In this document: positions 13,064 to 26,300 of the stretch, in pieces | Layout: every line of letters begins with the position of its first letter | How positions within the stretch are numbered: the stretch's first letter is position 1 | NCBI GenBank assembly: GCA_051942205.1 | Contig: JAVECO010000018.1 | Coordinates: 124,001 to 188,000 of the forward strand | Direction of reading: 5' to 3' | Length of the DNA: 64,000 nucleotides | Origin: Coniocarpon cinnabarinum | Lineage: Eukaryota | The notes under the pieces: model-generated | What the model was told of the DNA's origin: nothing | Databases searched by the model: none | Seen by the model: only the letters and a program-made list of their open reading frames with translations | Translations under genes and position numbers: made by a program

Positions 13064-13190
13064 GTTCGCTATTGGATATTGAGATGGGGTTGGTAGTAAT
13101 GTGTTGAAGTACTAAGAAGCAGCAGTATCGTAAATGATGTGATGACTTGCTGAAGATTGATACAGTGCGCAGGTTGGGCAAGGAACCTCC

Positions 13191-13198
13191 TTTTATAA
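13191..13198 (-). promoter_or_regulatory. Putative TATA box of the knottin-like peptide gene
   Basis: TTATAAAA on the minus strand ~130 nt upstream of the ATG at 13063, followed by a CA/CT-rich leader. Confidence 0.55.
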
Positions 13199-15044
13199 CC
13201 TCGAAATTGCTGTCCACCGAGCTCACCATCGATGTCTGATCACCGTCATCATCCGGAAAACGCTGATGTCCATGGCCGTTGGTAACAGACCGCATGTGCG
13301 AGATTCTGAGATGGTGCCGTTGTACATGAAAGGATGACAGTCTAAGCAAACACCGCGGCCAGGATCCAGCTGCTCTGCAATGGGAAAAAAAGAGTACCAA
13401 AGACAAGCCACTCATTCTGTTTGTCCATCTTTCACTTGCTCCGCAATAACCCCTTTTCGAAAGTGTCAATGACTGGTTCAGATACCGATCAACGGCTTTC
13501 GAGTCCGTGGCCTTCGCGCAACTAGGGCCTATTGTCGGAACAGTGACCCAACCCTCCTCTAGCTGCGGTCTTGCAGAACCACATCAGCATCAAGTATCTG
13601 GGAAAGCACTCCGACATTTAGTCTTATTGTATGTGAAAACAATCGTGGGCTCGTTACTGTCGTGGACTGGTGACTTGGAGTTTAAAAACTTGCCGCAGAG
13701 GCTTATTACACACCGAAAAGCGAAGACTCAGTCTGGACTTCGGAGGATTAGCCCTACGGCTGGGAAATGGAGCAAATGCGGGCACCAATCCATTGATGGC
13801 TTGCTGCAAGAGCGAATGTCACACGCTTACGCCGCGACGGCTTCGCCTCGACCATGAGAACCTCTAAGCGATCAGGAGCTAGCAATCTCGATGTTTAGTG
13901 ATCCTCTAAGCTTGTTACATACCAAGGGCGTGACCTAGAGCTATGGGCACGACCCGAACATGTCGCCCATCTTGAGCTATGGGGGCGGCAATTCTGCAAC
14001 GTAGCTGATCCATCCTGAACCTCCAAGTCTCGACGTCTCAGCCTGCTAAGACCTTCCTTTTCGCGGCATACACACAAATAGTATTGATAGTCTATTACTC
14101 GACAGGGAGATTCTTGCTTCTGTCTGATTCCTTCCCGCAAAGGATGCAGCGTAACTGTAGGCAATGACGATCTGAGGGGAGCGAGACTAAAACAATCGTA
14201 CTGACAGAGCGATGCGACATGGGGATATAGTTACCGTTCTCCTCTACCGTAAGAGGACCAATTACAGGATTCGTCCATTGGCCTATTAGGGTCATAGGAG
14301 GAAGACGAGGCTGCAGTGCCTGCGAGAAGGATGCATATTTCTCCAGCTCGGCTAAATGCTGTCTTCTACTTCCTGATTGCCTCGTCAATATAATCTATGC
14401 ATAACGGCATTGGCAAGCTCATGAGACTTTGTGGAAACGACGTCGTTCGGCGCTCCAGCATGGCCACTTTGAATCATTGCGGTATTCCCGTGGAGCCTAA
14501 CCAGACCACGCTTCTTGAAACCTCCGCCCCTGCATGATTCCTCTCGCTAAGCTTTCCAAGATTGACTGGCGCCAATCCATTGACAATGCCCCGCTTTTGA
14601 CACCATGATCTACAGGACGCCTGTTGAAACAAGGTCGTGCTTCAAGCAGAGCACGCCAAATTGACGGGACGAGATCTTGCCTTGACGCCAAATCTCAGGA
14701 AAAAGACCTAAAACACAATAACTTCCCTCAGGCGGTCTTACGCTAGAATTAGCTGCGAGAGTCTGGACAACAAGGTAGGCAGAGCAGGGCGGAGAAGAAG
14801 GAGCAAGGTGCCTGGGTCACGTGCTGTAAGGCTGGGCATCACGTGCAAAGACCTCACAGTTCTTTCAATTTCTGTGTCGGCGAAATCGACCCTGCTTACG
14901 ATCCAGTAATCTATCAACACTTCGAGACTTCGATATCTATATGCCATTGAGTCCACTGTGTGGCGCTGGAAAATACGACAGTCATCTACAGCAGCCAACA
15001 GACAACACTATCCTCGTCCAACTGTCTTCTGACGCATCACCGCC

Positions 15045-15178
15045 ATGTGGGACTTGTTGCTTAAATCTCGCGCCTTGCTGTCCATGTATGTATGGCTAGA
15101 GCCATGCAGAAGCGGACAACGACTTATGTCTTTGACGTTTGCAGTCAAAAGACGCCGCGGTGCGCCGACCCCGAGTAA
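15045..15178 (+). CDS. Candidate spliced microprotein / uORF (24 aa, MWDLLLKSRALLSIQKTPRCADPE)
   Basis: TATATA at ~14938, CA-rich leader, strong start context CACCGCCATG, and intron 15086-15144 (GTATGT..TTTGAC..TTTGCAG). No homology evidence is available. Confidence 0.35.
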
Positions 15179-15598
15179 CGAGGGGACCTACGATAAATGA
15201 AGACAATATCTGGTACCTCAATACGTGCCGAGGCCTTAGAGGGACCCATGCACCCTCCAACAGGCCAATACGGGGCGAGAGAGGGCGACGGCCTCGAGCT
15301 GCCTGCCTTGCCACGCCTGCGGCCCGCACGAAGGCTCTTGGTTGGGTTTCTGGTTTCTGCTGAGCCGCCCGCGGAGCATGACTCATGAGGCTACCGCGTC
15401 CATTGGCCCCACGGCCCCGAAAAGCTCCAGCGCATCTTCGAGACCGTGCCGTCTGCTATCTGCCTACATCCCCAATCCACATCCTTTGCAGTCTGCAGGC
15501 TCCTGGTGAGCAAGCCATTGAGGGAACATTGATTGCTCTCCCTGCTCGCCTCTTGTACAATAGCACACCACGCTCGTTCAACAGCACTCAGCACCCCC

Positions 15599-16545
15599 AT
15601 GGCTCCTAGAATGGGTCGCAGCAACAAGGCATCAGGCCACTATCCCGCACTTCCCTCTGCCATCATCAGCTTCTTCCGCTCAGGCAGCGCCGCGGCCGTC
15701 GTGTCAATGATGAGCTTTTTCATCTATCATCTCAGGCATGACCGGACGCATGATTACTCGGTTCCCAATACATTCGTTCTTGTATGGATATTGAACGCCT
15801 TTGCCTCGTTCTGCAAGACGAGCTGTGTCTGACGCATCCATAGCTCCTCGTTGCTGGTCTCTTGACTTTTCTCTTCAGCATCATCCGATTCCTCACGGTA
15901 TGCAGCATTGGTGTAAAGCCCCTCTTCAGTCTGGTTATGAACTCCGTGCTCGTGGCCATGTGGACAGCTGGCGGCATTAGCTTGGGCTACTTCGCTGGAC
16001 ACACGCTCATCAACGCTTGCGACGAGGACAACTGGGGTCAGGAAGGCGCAGGCGGCCATCTGGTCTGCAGGACCTACAAAGGGTTGTTCGCGTGCGTATT
16101 CATCGCCTGGTGAGTAGATTAAATGGCACTTCCTCGATGACTAGCAGCAACGAGAATAGCCTTGCAGACTCTGACGACCATACCCAGGTTCTTCACGATA
16201 TGTGCTATCATCCTCGATGTCCGAGTCCGCCAGAAACAGACAAGTCACAAATATCAGAATCTGCATGACCCCGATCGCAAGACGCTCATCACGAGACACG
16301 AAGACGATCCCTGGTCCATGGAGATGGCACCCCCGTCGCGGCCTGATCAGCGGTATTATCAGCATGCCAAGTATGAGCCCATTGGCAATGATGGAGGCAT
16401 GGCGCATGGGCGAACACCGTCTGAGCAGCCTGTGGACGGGGCGCATTCCACGCACGACACGTCATATCAGGGAGCAGGAGCACATGCAGGAGAAGCTGCT
16501 GGCTATTACGATTTGCACGGAGCAGGACCACCACAGGGACACTGA
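15599..16545 (+). CDS. Four-transmembrane MARVEL-like fungal membrane protein, 3 exons
   Basis: Introns at about 15782-15843 and 16110-16187. Four hydrophobic segments, an extracellular C..NWG..C..YKGLF loop and a hydrophilic C-tail. Confidence 0.7.
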
Positions 16546-17239
16546 TGAGGCCATGATAATGCAATGTATGTGAGCTTTGTAGAGAAATCATCTGCTTGTA
16601 AACAATCTCACGCTTATCCACGTGGTCACTACACAACATGGGGTCTACGGGGCAAGCAAGCCAGGTTCAGCCGCCCTGTAAGAGCAATTGGTATGTATAG
16701 CAAGGCGGATGTCTAGGCGATGAGTCGACTATTGTATCGAATTGTTTGCGTCGCAGCTTCAGGGACGACGGCGAAACGCATTGATGGAGTGTTTTACTCG
16801 ACTCTTGCCGTTTCCATCCAGTCGCGGGCGGATCCGAGAGATCCGAGGGCGATCAGCTCATCTGCGTGACAACAGTCTGTCATTGGCGCTGGGCAGTGCG
16901 GTGGATGAGCACCTTGAACTGTCTCCGGATGATTCCCAATAAATGTTTGTTGCACCCTCTTGGCCATCTGCGCCACGCTCATCATGCGCTCTGAGCCGCC
17001 TGGACGCGGAGTTGCAAATGATGACCACCCCTGTCCCATTACATCACTCGCAAACCCATCGCACTTGCTTCCTCTAGCAGCTCGAGTTGCGAGATGCTGA
17101 CAAAGAATCTACCTTAAAGCTACAATGTCTGTCATGCTTGATGAAGCTCTTGCCTCTGCCCAAACGCCTTGATCTAGGAATCTGTTGCGCTTTGATGACC
17201 TCTTCATGACATCTGCTGTCCCTTTGCGGTGAAACAGCC

Positions 17240-19103
17240 ATGGACAAGCTGAAGAACTCTGTCTCCCACAAGTTCGACGTAAGCTGCGAGCTCAACCCAT
17301 CATCGATATCTGGCTCATGCGCAAATGTAGGTGCTCTGGCAGTCAGCCCTTGTAAAACTCCCTCGCGCCGTCCCTACTGCCATCTTGAAGTACACAAGTC
17401 CTCTGGGTCCGCACCCTTTCATTCTCGACCTCCCTGCTCGTGACTATGACAAGACCAAGAGGACGATACCTGTCTACGTGTTTCTACCACCGATCGACGA
17501 GAATGATCCATACAAACCGGGCTCGACGGCGGCCAACTCTGTGGCATCCTTTGCCAGCACAGCCAGTCAGACATCTGTGAAGAGTACGTCAAGCAAAGAG
17601 AGTGCTCGGTCGGCGGACAAAACAAAGACGGACACGGCGAACTCAAGCAGAGATAATCTGCCAGCCATTGACGAACCGCCTACGCGTCCAGGAGAGGTGG
17701 CGGTCCGACTGCTGCCGGTGATCGTCGACTTCCATGGAGGGGGCTTCTTTATGGGATCACCCCTAGAGCAAGCACCGTTCTGTGCTCAAATGGCTCGCAA
17801 CCTCTCGTGTATAGTTCTGAGCGTCGACTATCGCATGGGTCCCATTGATAAATTCCCTGGAGCAATCACAGACGCTGAGGACATTGTCAACCAGATCGTC
17901 AAACCACCACCACGACCAAAAGCCAGACATAACCCTAGTTCATACACCGGCTCATGGCGATCAGGCAAAAAGAAAGACAAGACTCCTTCCGGCAGTGGCA
18001 TTGTGGATTTGCAGAACACCATAAGTTACAAGATCAACGAGGCACAATTCAACAACAGACAAAAGGGCCAAACGCCACAGCCCATGAAGATCAAGCTGGA
18101 CCGGAATCGAGTAGCCATATGTGGCTTCAGCTCCGGTGGCAATATTGCGTTGAACATGGCCGTTGACGTGCAGAGTGGCACTCCCCACATGCCAGCAAGC
18201 GAGGCTCCATGGCTGAGTCCATTCTCGCTGCTCGGCCCTCAACGACCCATGACTGCCAGTCCCAGCACTACCGGCGAGGACAAACATCTTACAGCCGCTG
18301 CTGCGGAAGCTGCTGCAATCCCGGTAGAAAATCCAAACACTCCAAGTCCCGCCATATCGATCCCCTCCCAATCCACGCCAATACCACCAGATCCGAATCT
18401 CATCCCGCCTACTCCGCAAGACACATGCAATCCACCTTTCACGGCCCAGGATCAGAGTCATCTCTCCCCTGGTCAACCACCTGCTCAGATGACCCTTGGC
18501 CCCTCTTCCTATACACCACCAACGCCATACTTCAAGCCTCAAATTCCGCTGCTTCTCTTCTACCCCGCCCTAGACCTTCGACAGCTTCCCTCTGAGCGTT
18601 TTCGTCCAGAAGCCTTGGGTCCGCATCCACCAGGTGGTCCCAGCTGGTGGAGTCGCGTTAACGACACTCTTGCTCCTTCCTACTGCCCCCGCGAACTGAC
18701 TGACCATCTGCGCGCTTCGCCAGGCCTCGCCTCGCCAGCCAAGGATCTACATCCTGACGCAAAAGTGTTCCTTGTTCTTTGCGGAAAGGACACGCTCTTC
18801 GAGCAGTCAGAGGCATGGGTATCAAAGATGCAAGCCGAGGGACGAGGGCAGGACTTGAGGGTGGAGCGGTACGAGGATAATCACGGGTGGACGCAGATTC
18901 CTGAGACTTTTCTCAACAAAGGGGAGAAGAAGTCCAGGGCGGAGGTGCTGAAAAAGGCTGAGGCTTTCTTGAGTGCAAGCTGGAGAGGCGAAGATCCAGT
19001 GCGTGCTGCGCAGTTCGAGGACGAGATGATTGAAAAGAGGGCACTGGACGGCGAGGATGTGAGGGCTGAGGCGGCCGCGAAGGCTGCGGGCGAGAGTGGA
19101 TGA
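17240..19103 (+). CDS. Alpha/beta hydrolase fold-3 (HSL-like lipase/esterase) with Pro/Ser-rich insertions, 2 exons
   Basis: Exon 1 17240-17278, intron 17279-17330 (GTAAGC..TGTAG). Oxyanion motif DFHGGGF, SVDYRMGP..FP, nucleophile GFSSGGN, acid KDTL and His HGW. Confidence 0.85.
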
Positions 19104-19554
19104 GATTAGCAGTCGCAGCGAACAGCAAATCTAGACCTTCACGCTACGCTTTCAACGTGCGAAATGGAGGCGTAGTGTCTTTGCGCGAGGCCAGAAAGTC
19201 AACGTGCAGGTGGATCTTGCTGTCTAGAAGCTAGTACAAGGCTCTACCTCCGTGCAGCAGAAATCCTTACTAGACATCATCCTACCGGCTTGACTCACCG
19301 GGGGCGCCGAATCTCTGATCATGATAATCCATTCAAGCAAAGGCTGAATTGCTTTACTATTGTCGCAAAGAAACAGTCCGAGGTAGCATCAATAGCAGCA
19401 AAATCTACCATCATCCCGAAAGTTACCCACTCCCAGTCATCAGCCATAACTTTCAATCTAACGACAATCTGTAAAACGAACTTGATCGTGATTCCGATCT
19501 AGAAAAAGACCCATGGTGGTGTCATCTCATGTCCTTCGTGCCGCCACTCGTCGG

Positions 19555-19604
19555 TTAGTCGTCCTGCAATCGTTCTCCTGCAATCGTTCTCCGTTAGTCG
19601 TCCT
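19555..19604. repeat. Short imperfect tandem duplication
   Basis: TCCTGCAATCGTTC x2 flanked by GTTAGTCGTCCT x2. Confidence 0.6.
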
Positions 19605-20317
19605 CCATAGGCTCTACTTGTCGTCACGACTGCTCCACAAGCGACGTCGAAAACGCCTCTCTGCTGTTGCAGCTGCCACCATGCTGCTCTTCAAGTCAAG
19701 TGACGAAGCGGGGAAGAGAAGAAGAAAGGCGCGAGTATGTCTTCTCCTTTGATGAAACGCAGTACTGCGGTAGACCCCGATATTCGCCGTCTCGTAGGGA
19801 CTGGAATGAAGTAAGCACATGTCATGCGTAGTGCATTCGGCTGTCTGAATGTCGTGTGTCATAAGTCTAGGCCTTGGTATGAGGGAGATGGAAATAGACA
19901 GGTATGGTAGAAGACTGACGATTGAGAGTGGGACACTTCCTCAACTGAACAGCTCTTTAGAAGCCTTCTTCAGAGCGGTTCTTCAAGCATAGGACGTCAA
20001 TGAACTCATGCACTGTAGCTTTCAAAGAAATGATGATTCGTTATTACTGCCGTTACGTTGCATATACAGAAAACCATGCGCCTTCCACCGACGCCTTCAG
20101 AGACCCAACTCCGACCTCCAATAGAACCTACGTTCCAAATCCGTCATTGCAATTTCAACATCCTCCATGCCTCCTTTCATGTCACAATTTGATAAGCATC
20201 TTCCCCGATCATACCATTTCGATACCTTTTCAAGACCGTTAATAGTCAGTCAAGCGACAAAGTGCTCTTCCATCCTACATTCCTTCCACGATCCTCATGG
20301 TTCCTTCACAACATCCC

Positions 20318-23300
20318 CTACTGCATCTTCTCCAGCATCTCGCCCAGCATCTCACGAACTTCTCCCATAACGTTCTGACACCCCTCCAAGTCTAGAAGAG
20401 ACTCATCACAAAACACACCCATCGCCAACTCTCCTTTTTCTGTGACTGCAGCTTCGATGTCTAAAGCTCGTTGACATACTCTTCGGACTCGTTCGGGAAT
20501 AGGATTCTGACGCGTGAGGAGTGAGTCATCAGGAGGTGTGGGTGCTTCGACGATGTGGGCGTATGCCGTCTCCCTCCCTGAATCCGCGTCCTGAACAGTA
20601 AGTCGATCCAGCACAGCATTCTCGTCGGGTTGCAGGGACGCTTCCGATGGCAGCGACAAGAAGTTGACGAATGTATCCACGACCACTCCATTTGTCAAGT
20701 CACAGATCTCATGCAGACTGCTCGTTGCGATCGCCGGATCCGATGTGATGGTTTGGATATCCTCCTGGATCTGTCTAGCAGTCTTTACAAGGTCGATTGG
20801 AACGTGAAGTCGAACGCGTAATGGTAAGAGATTGAGCGTTGGGAAGGGATGGGAACTCAGATCCGTGGAGGAGAGGAGGGAGCGGTTGGCGAGGTAGATT
20901 CCAATGATTATATTGCTTGAGGATTTGGATGTGAGAGAGGCGTAGATGTGCGCGTACGAAGCCAGGAAGAGAGCTTGAATGGTGAGATGATTCCTTCTGG
21001 CGATGTTTGTGAGGCTTGTTGTTTGCGCTTGTGAAAGAATAGCAGGGTCGAAGATCTCAGCGCGCTGGTGTTGAGACGACGATTGAACGCGTGAGTCCGG
21101 TAGGATGCTAGATGAGACCGTCTCGCCTAGGTAATTTTGCCAAAATTCTCTGCGCTTTTGTTGCGCTGAGGGAGTAAGAGAGGTGGCGATGTAGATGGAC
21201 CATGCAGTTGACTGTTCTTGGGCACTTGGCGTCAGTACGGTGGCTGAATTCCGGACAAGTGACTCTAGTCGCTGGATGATAAGTGGTAAAGAGACGCCGT
21301 CGTATAAAGCGTGATGGATATGCATTTTGAGCTTCAGCTGCTGCTGGTTCGACAGCGTGGCTGCGAGGAGTTGAACGAGGGGAGTGCGAGTGCCTATTTG
21401 CACAAAGCCTTCACTGTCAGCAGATCGCCCATTGTAATGTGTCGCGCTGAACGCAGCAGCGCTGTGACTGTTCAAAGTAACTTGCAGAAACGGAACACGA
21501 TCGTTTTCTGTTGCCACGAATAATGTACGGAGGATTGGTGTTGATGCAACGACTTTGTCCCAGGCTCGCGTCAAACGATCGAGAACAGCTTCAGTATCTG
21601 TATTCTGAGGCATCGATAGGGAGTAGTCGAAGCTAGGATGGAAGAGGCCATATTCGCTCTGCATGCAGAGCATATACGTCTGGCCCGCGGATGCTGGCGC
21701 AACCATCTCCACATCATCTGCTTGCAGGGCGAGTGTGCTCAAAGCATCTCGACTGTCAAGTCCTTCCAAAGCATATTTGATAATATCAGCAGAGGACTCT
21801 TCATGCAGTTCCAATCCACGATCGACAGCATCACCACTATCGATGCACTGCGCGACGTGAGCCATCTGCGCGAGACTACCGGCCTTGAGCATGTCTTTGA
21901 CAGTGAGATGGATGTTTCGCTTGCGCAACATTCCTTGGACTTTGATTGCAGAGATGGAATCAAGGCCGAGACTGAAGACGGTGGAGGACTGGCTCACTTG
22001 ATCTGCGTCTGTCGCTGCAACGTCAGCGAGCGTCGAGCGTATGGCCGATGTCATAAGCGCATCAGGCTCTTTGTCTTGTGACGGCACATCATCCTTTGAA
22101 CCGGGCTCAGCTTGAAGTGCTTCCTGTGTTGGGTTGAATGGCGGAAGCTCGCAAACGCTGACGCGGGATCCTGAAAACGTTAGACATTGAGTATCAGGCC
22201 CGGAAACGATGCTTCCTAGTATCCCATCGAGAGTTTGAAGTATCTTCTCCGTTTCTTCTTCGTCGAAGACGTTATTTTGACAGGCATTGCGCCACACAAG
22301 GCTATCGCCCACCACCTCAGCTTCAACTGCAAGTGAATGCTCAGTCTGACTTGCACCTGAAATGCTCTTGTAGAGCGGCTGTTCCTCGTTACCGACGTTG
22401 TCTTTCGAACCTCTTTGAAACAGGAAAAGAGTATCAAACAATCTGCTCGTGCCCTTGGTCCGCTGCACCACGCTTAAAGCCTTGCGAAGTGGGTAGCGCT
22501 CGTACGTGCGAATCTGATCCATCGTGTCTGAAACGTAACGCACCATTTCGACTCTCGTACCATGAAGAATAGAGCGGCACACAATCGTATTCATGGCAGG
22601 GAACATGATCTCTCGACTTTCTTCAGAGTTGCGACCTGAGAGAACGACTCCAAATGCAACATCGACTTTCTGAGCTAGTGTGGCAAGACCCAAAGCAAAG
22701 ACGGTCTGAGTGAGGGTGGACATCGAGACATTTCGCGACTTGCAAAATGCGCTGAGTCGTGTTGCTGATAGTTTGCTGTGACGTTCTGCGCGGTGTACTC
22801 CAGAGCTCGCCTTAAGGTCACTCTCAGAAAGGAGCGTTGGTGACAGGCCGCTGAGAGTGTCCTGCCAGAACTCGTGAGCCTTGTTATCAGTCGCAGAGTC
22901 GATAATCTCCGCAAGTACAGGGCGGAAGTCGGGTCGCTCAGGCAAGCGATTCATGTATGCAGCCTGCACGTCGTGATGGAGTAGCCCGATAGACCAGCCA
23001 TCATACAAAGCGTGAGAGATGGATAATACGAGGTGTGTGATGCTGCCAGAATCAGAGGACTTAACAAGCGTTAGGCGCAGAGGTGGAACGCCGTGTCCCG
23101 CCATGCGCGCTTCGTCTGTTGCCTTTTCCAGGAGCGTTGAAAGGTTGAAGTGTAAGCTCTCGCTGCTTTCTAGTTTCCACGCGATAGGCCTGATAGGGTG
23201 GATCAGCTGCGCAAAGGTAGCGCCGGTGCTTGAATCCTCCAGCGGTATAAATGAACTACGCAGTATTTGGTTTCGATCGATCACTGCTTGCCATGCTCTT

Positions 23301-26300
23301 TTTAATCTGTCCACGTCTACCTCTGGTAACATCTCGAGTACTTCGTGATTGTAATAAGTCTCGAAATTCGAGGAGTACATTTCAGCGACCAGAGCTTCCT
23401 GTAGTGGTGTGGCTGGTAGGACTTCATCAATGTCAGAGAGCCGGACGTCTTGGCTGTTTAGGGCTTCTTTCAGCTCCATTGAGCGTTTGGCCAAGCTGTC
23501 AGCGACCACTTTAGTGTCTGAGCTCTCTTCATTCGACGTTGAGATGTGCTCCGCCATTTTCGCGATAGTCAGAGATTGTAAGATTTGGCTCTGCGAGATC
23601 TGGATGCCCGATTGACGTCGCAAGCTCGAAGAAAGTTTGACGGCATCCACACTGTCAAGACCGAGCTCCAGAATCGAGGTGTGAGGCGTGACAGCTTTCA
23701 AAGGCAAGCCACTTGCGGACGCAATCTGCTCCCGTAGTTCGCTTTCCAGATCGGTCCATTCAAAAGCATCATCAGCTGATGGGTCTGTTTTGCTTGTATG
23801 CTCAGTGTTCCCGCTATCAGCATCGATGACCGGTGTTTCTTCACGCAGCTGCGGAACGCGGAAATTTTGCGCAATAGTGTGGGAAGGGTTTGTGGCTAAC
23901 AATCTCAGAGCACCTTCAAAGGTGTCGAGAAGATCGTTGAGCTCCGACTCGCCGGCAAAGGACGCTTGTGCACTCATGCTTGCCTGGCATGAGTGTGTAG
24001 TTGAATACTCTACTTCGAGCGCAAGTGGATAGTCCGCGTGTACAACATCGCTCGCGAGAGGCTCCCAAACATGATTGTCTGATGCCTCCACATCATCCGC
24101 GTTTTGCAAAACGAGTATGTTATCAAACAGCGCTCGGGCCGAAGTCAGTCCTGCCGCTCTTGTCCATTTGGTGATGTCTCTGAGTGCAGTATGCTGATAT
24201 GGCAATGCAGCTGTATTGAAAGAGTGACATTGAGCCACCAGTGATGACCAGCTCGTGCTCTCATGGATGACAATGCACAATGGAATGGTGTTAAAAAGTG
24301 GTCCAATAGCACGGTCAGCTTCTTCGTGATCGATATGTCGGCCAGAGACAACCACGCCCACAGGAACAGCTCCAAAGAAATGCGTCAGAGTCGCTAGCCA
24401 CGCCGCTTGGATTAGAGCTTGACTAGTCGCTTTTAAAGGCGTGCGAATCTCTTCCAACCCTTGTGGGATATGGATTGGGCGGCTAACGAGCTTGTCTGCA
24501 TGTTTGGGAGCAGATACCATGGATTTCATGGGTTCACATTGTCTGAGGCTTTGAAGATGGTCCAGCCAGAACTCTTGAGTGTTGTTTAGAATACGCAGCG
24601 GTCCGTGAGACAATAAACTTTGGAATGGCGGACCTGTATTGAAGCCATGGCCATCATACACTTTTGATACCGCATCCAGTATCATAGGCAAGCTGCTGCC
24701 ATCATACAGACCATGGAAGATGTGCAGCGCCATGACAATATTGCTGTCGTCCTGGCACAGGACCACCTCCAGAGGCGATGCCAACGTGATCCGGTTGTTT
24801 GTCCACCATTCGTCATAGCTACCATCGAGCATGCGGTGACATGGTTCTTCGTTTGCGCGATCTAGTACTGTCCACGGCAAGATACTTTGTTTGAGCGCCA
24901 CCTGAACATGACCTATCTCTGTCTCAATGAACCGGGTTCTCAGGATCTGTGTTTGCTTGACCACGGAGCTCCAAGCTTCGTGCAGCCTTTCCACATCAAT
25001 GCGTTGTCGTAACTTGAAACGAAGATCTGTGAAATAGATTGGTCTGTCGCTGTCCACAGCCCTTGATATCATGCCTTGCTGCAATGATGTGCACGGTGCA
25101 ATGCATTCAATGTCCGACGCTTTTCTGCAGAGAACTCGTGCAGCCATGTTTCGAAAGCGGTGGTCGCAAGCTGCGATTTGCTGTTCTGCAGTCCTGACGC
25201 CACCATCTGTGTCCAGTTGCGTGGTATCTGACAATGCCGCAGCAAGGGCTTCAATTGTGATAGCTTTCAAGATGAGGGCTGGAGTAGCTTTTGAAAAGCA
25301 TGCCTTCTTGAGCTTGCGCGAAAAGCCCAGGACTGAGATGGAGTCGAGACCAAGTTCAAAGACGCTCGTTGACCTTTGCACTGGAAAAGTCATTCCACCG
25401 AGATACTCGCAAAGTATGTTCGCAATCTCACTCTCGATATGAGTCAGAACTTGTGTCGACTGTGAATTTGGTGAGGCCAGCTGATGCAAGTCCTCAAGAC
25501 TCGTTTCGTCGAAACTGTCTCGCAGACGTCGGACGTCGACTTTGTTATTCGCGGAAAGGGGGAACGATGTCATCAGAATGAAGTGTGTTGGTACAGCAAA
25601 CTCTGGTAAGAACTCCAAACATCTATTCTTCGCCAACTCGATACGCTTGCCAGCATTTCCAGAGATGGTGCTTGGTATCTGATTGTCTTGTTTCGCAGAC
25701 TTCTTAAGACAGAAGAACGTCACAAGCTGCTCCTTCTGTTGGTGCCTATGTTTATGTTTCACGGTCACCACATCGGCAATGTTTTCGTCTGAGCTTTGCA
25801 CAACCTTGTTTATCTCACGAGTCTCTATGCGTTGTCCGCGTAGTTTCACTTGATCATCCACGCGGCCAACGAAGGCAAAACTGTTATCATGTAAGCTTCG
25901 CACTAGATCTCCCGTGCGATACATGCGCTCGGTTTTTCCGTCGATTTCAATATCTTGAAAGCTCTCCGCTGTTTTCTCTGGCCGATTCAAATAACCTTTG
26001 GCGACAAGAGGTCCGTACACGCACAGTTCACCCGGAGCACCACGTAGCACAGGCTCCCTTGTGCCTGGCATGAGGACCAGTGCTCCGACATTATCAAATT
26101 GCCAACCGATGTTGGACACTTTGCCAGCTGTGGGAACTCGTGGAAACATGGTGCAGCCAACTAGAAACATGATCAATCAGCTCGAGAACTCTCCATAGAG
26201 TGCATAAGTTGCGTGACTTACTTGTAACTTCAGTCGGCCCATAGCCATTATGGATCGTTTCGTGCGGACCCCATCTGGCAATGATATCATCTTTCAGAGC

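Noticed and set aside
14941..15099. 52-codon ORF ending CGTCCLNLAPCCPCMYG, PLAC8- or metallothionein-like
   Set aside because: Its ATG abuts the TATA element and it stops right after the motif. The overlapping frame with a strong start context and an intron is a better model.
17240..19103. Alpha/beta hydrolase as a siderophore esterase belonging to the cluster
   Set aside because: Ferrichrome-type siderophores are peptide-linked, not ester-linked, and the protein is HSL-like (HGGG) rather than EstB/IroE-like. Only proximity supports the idea.
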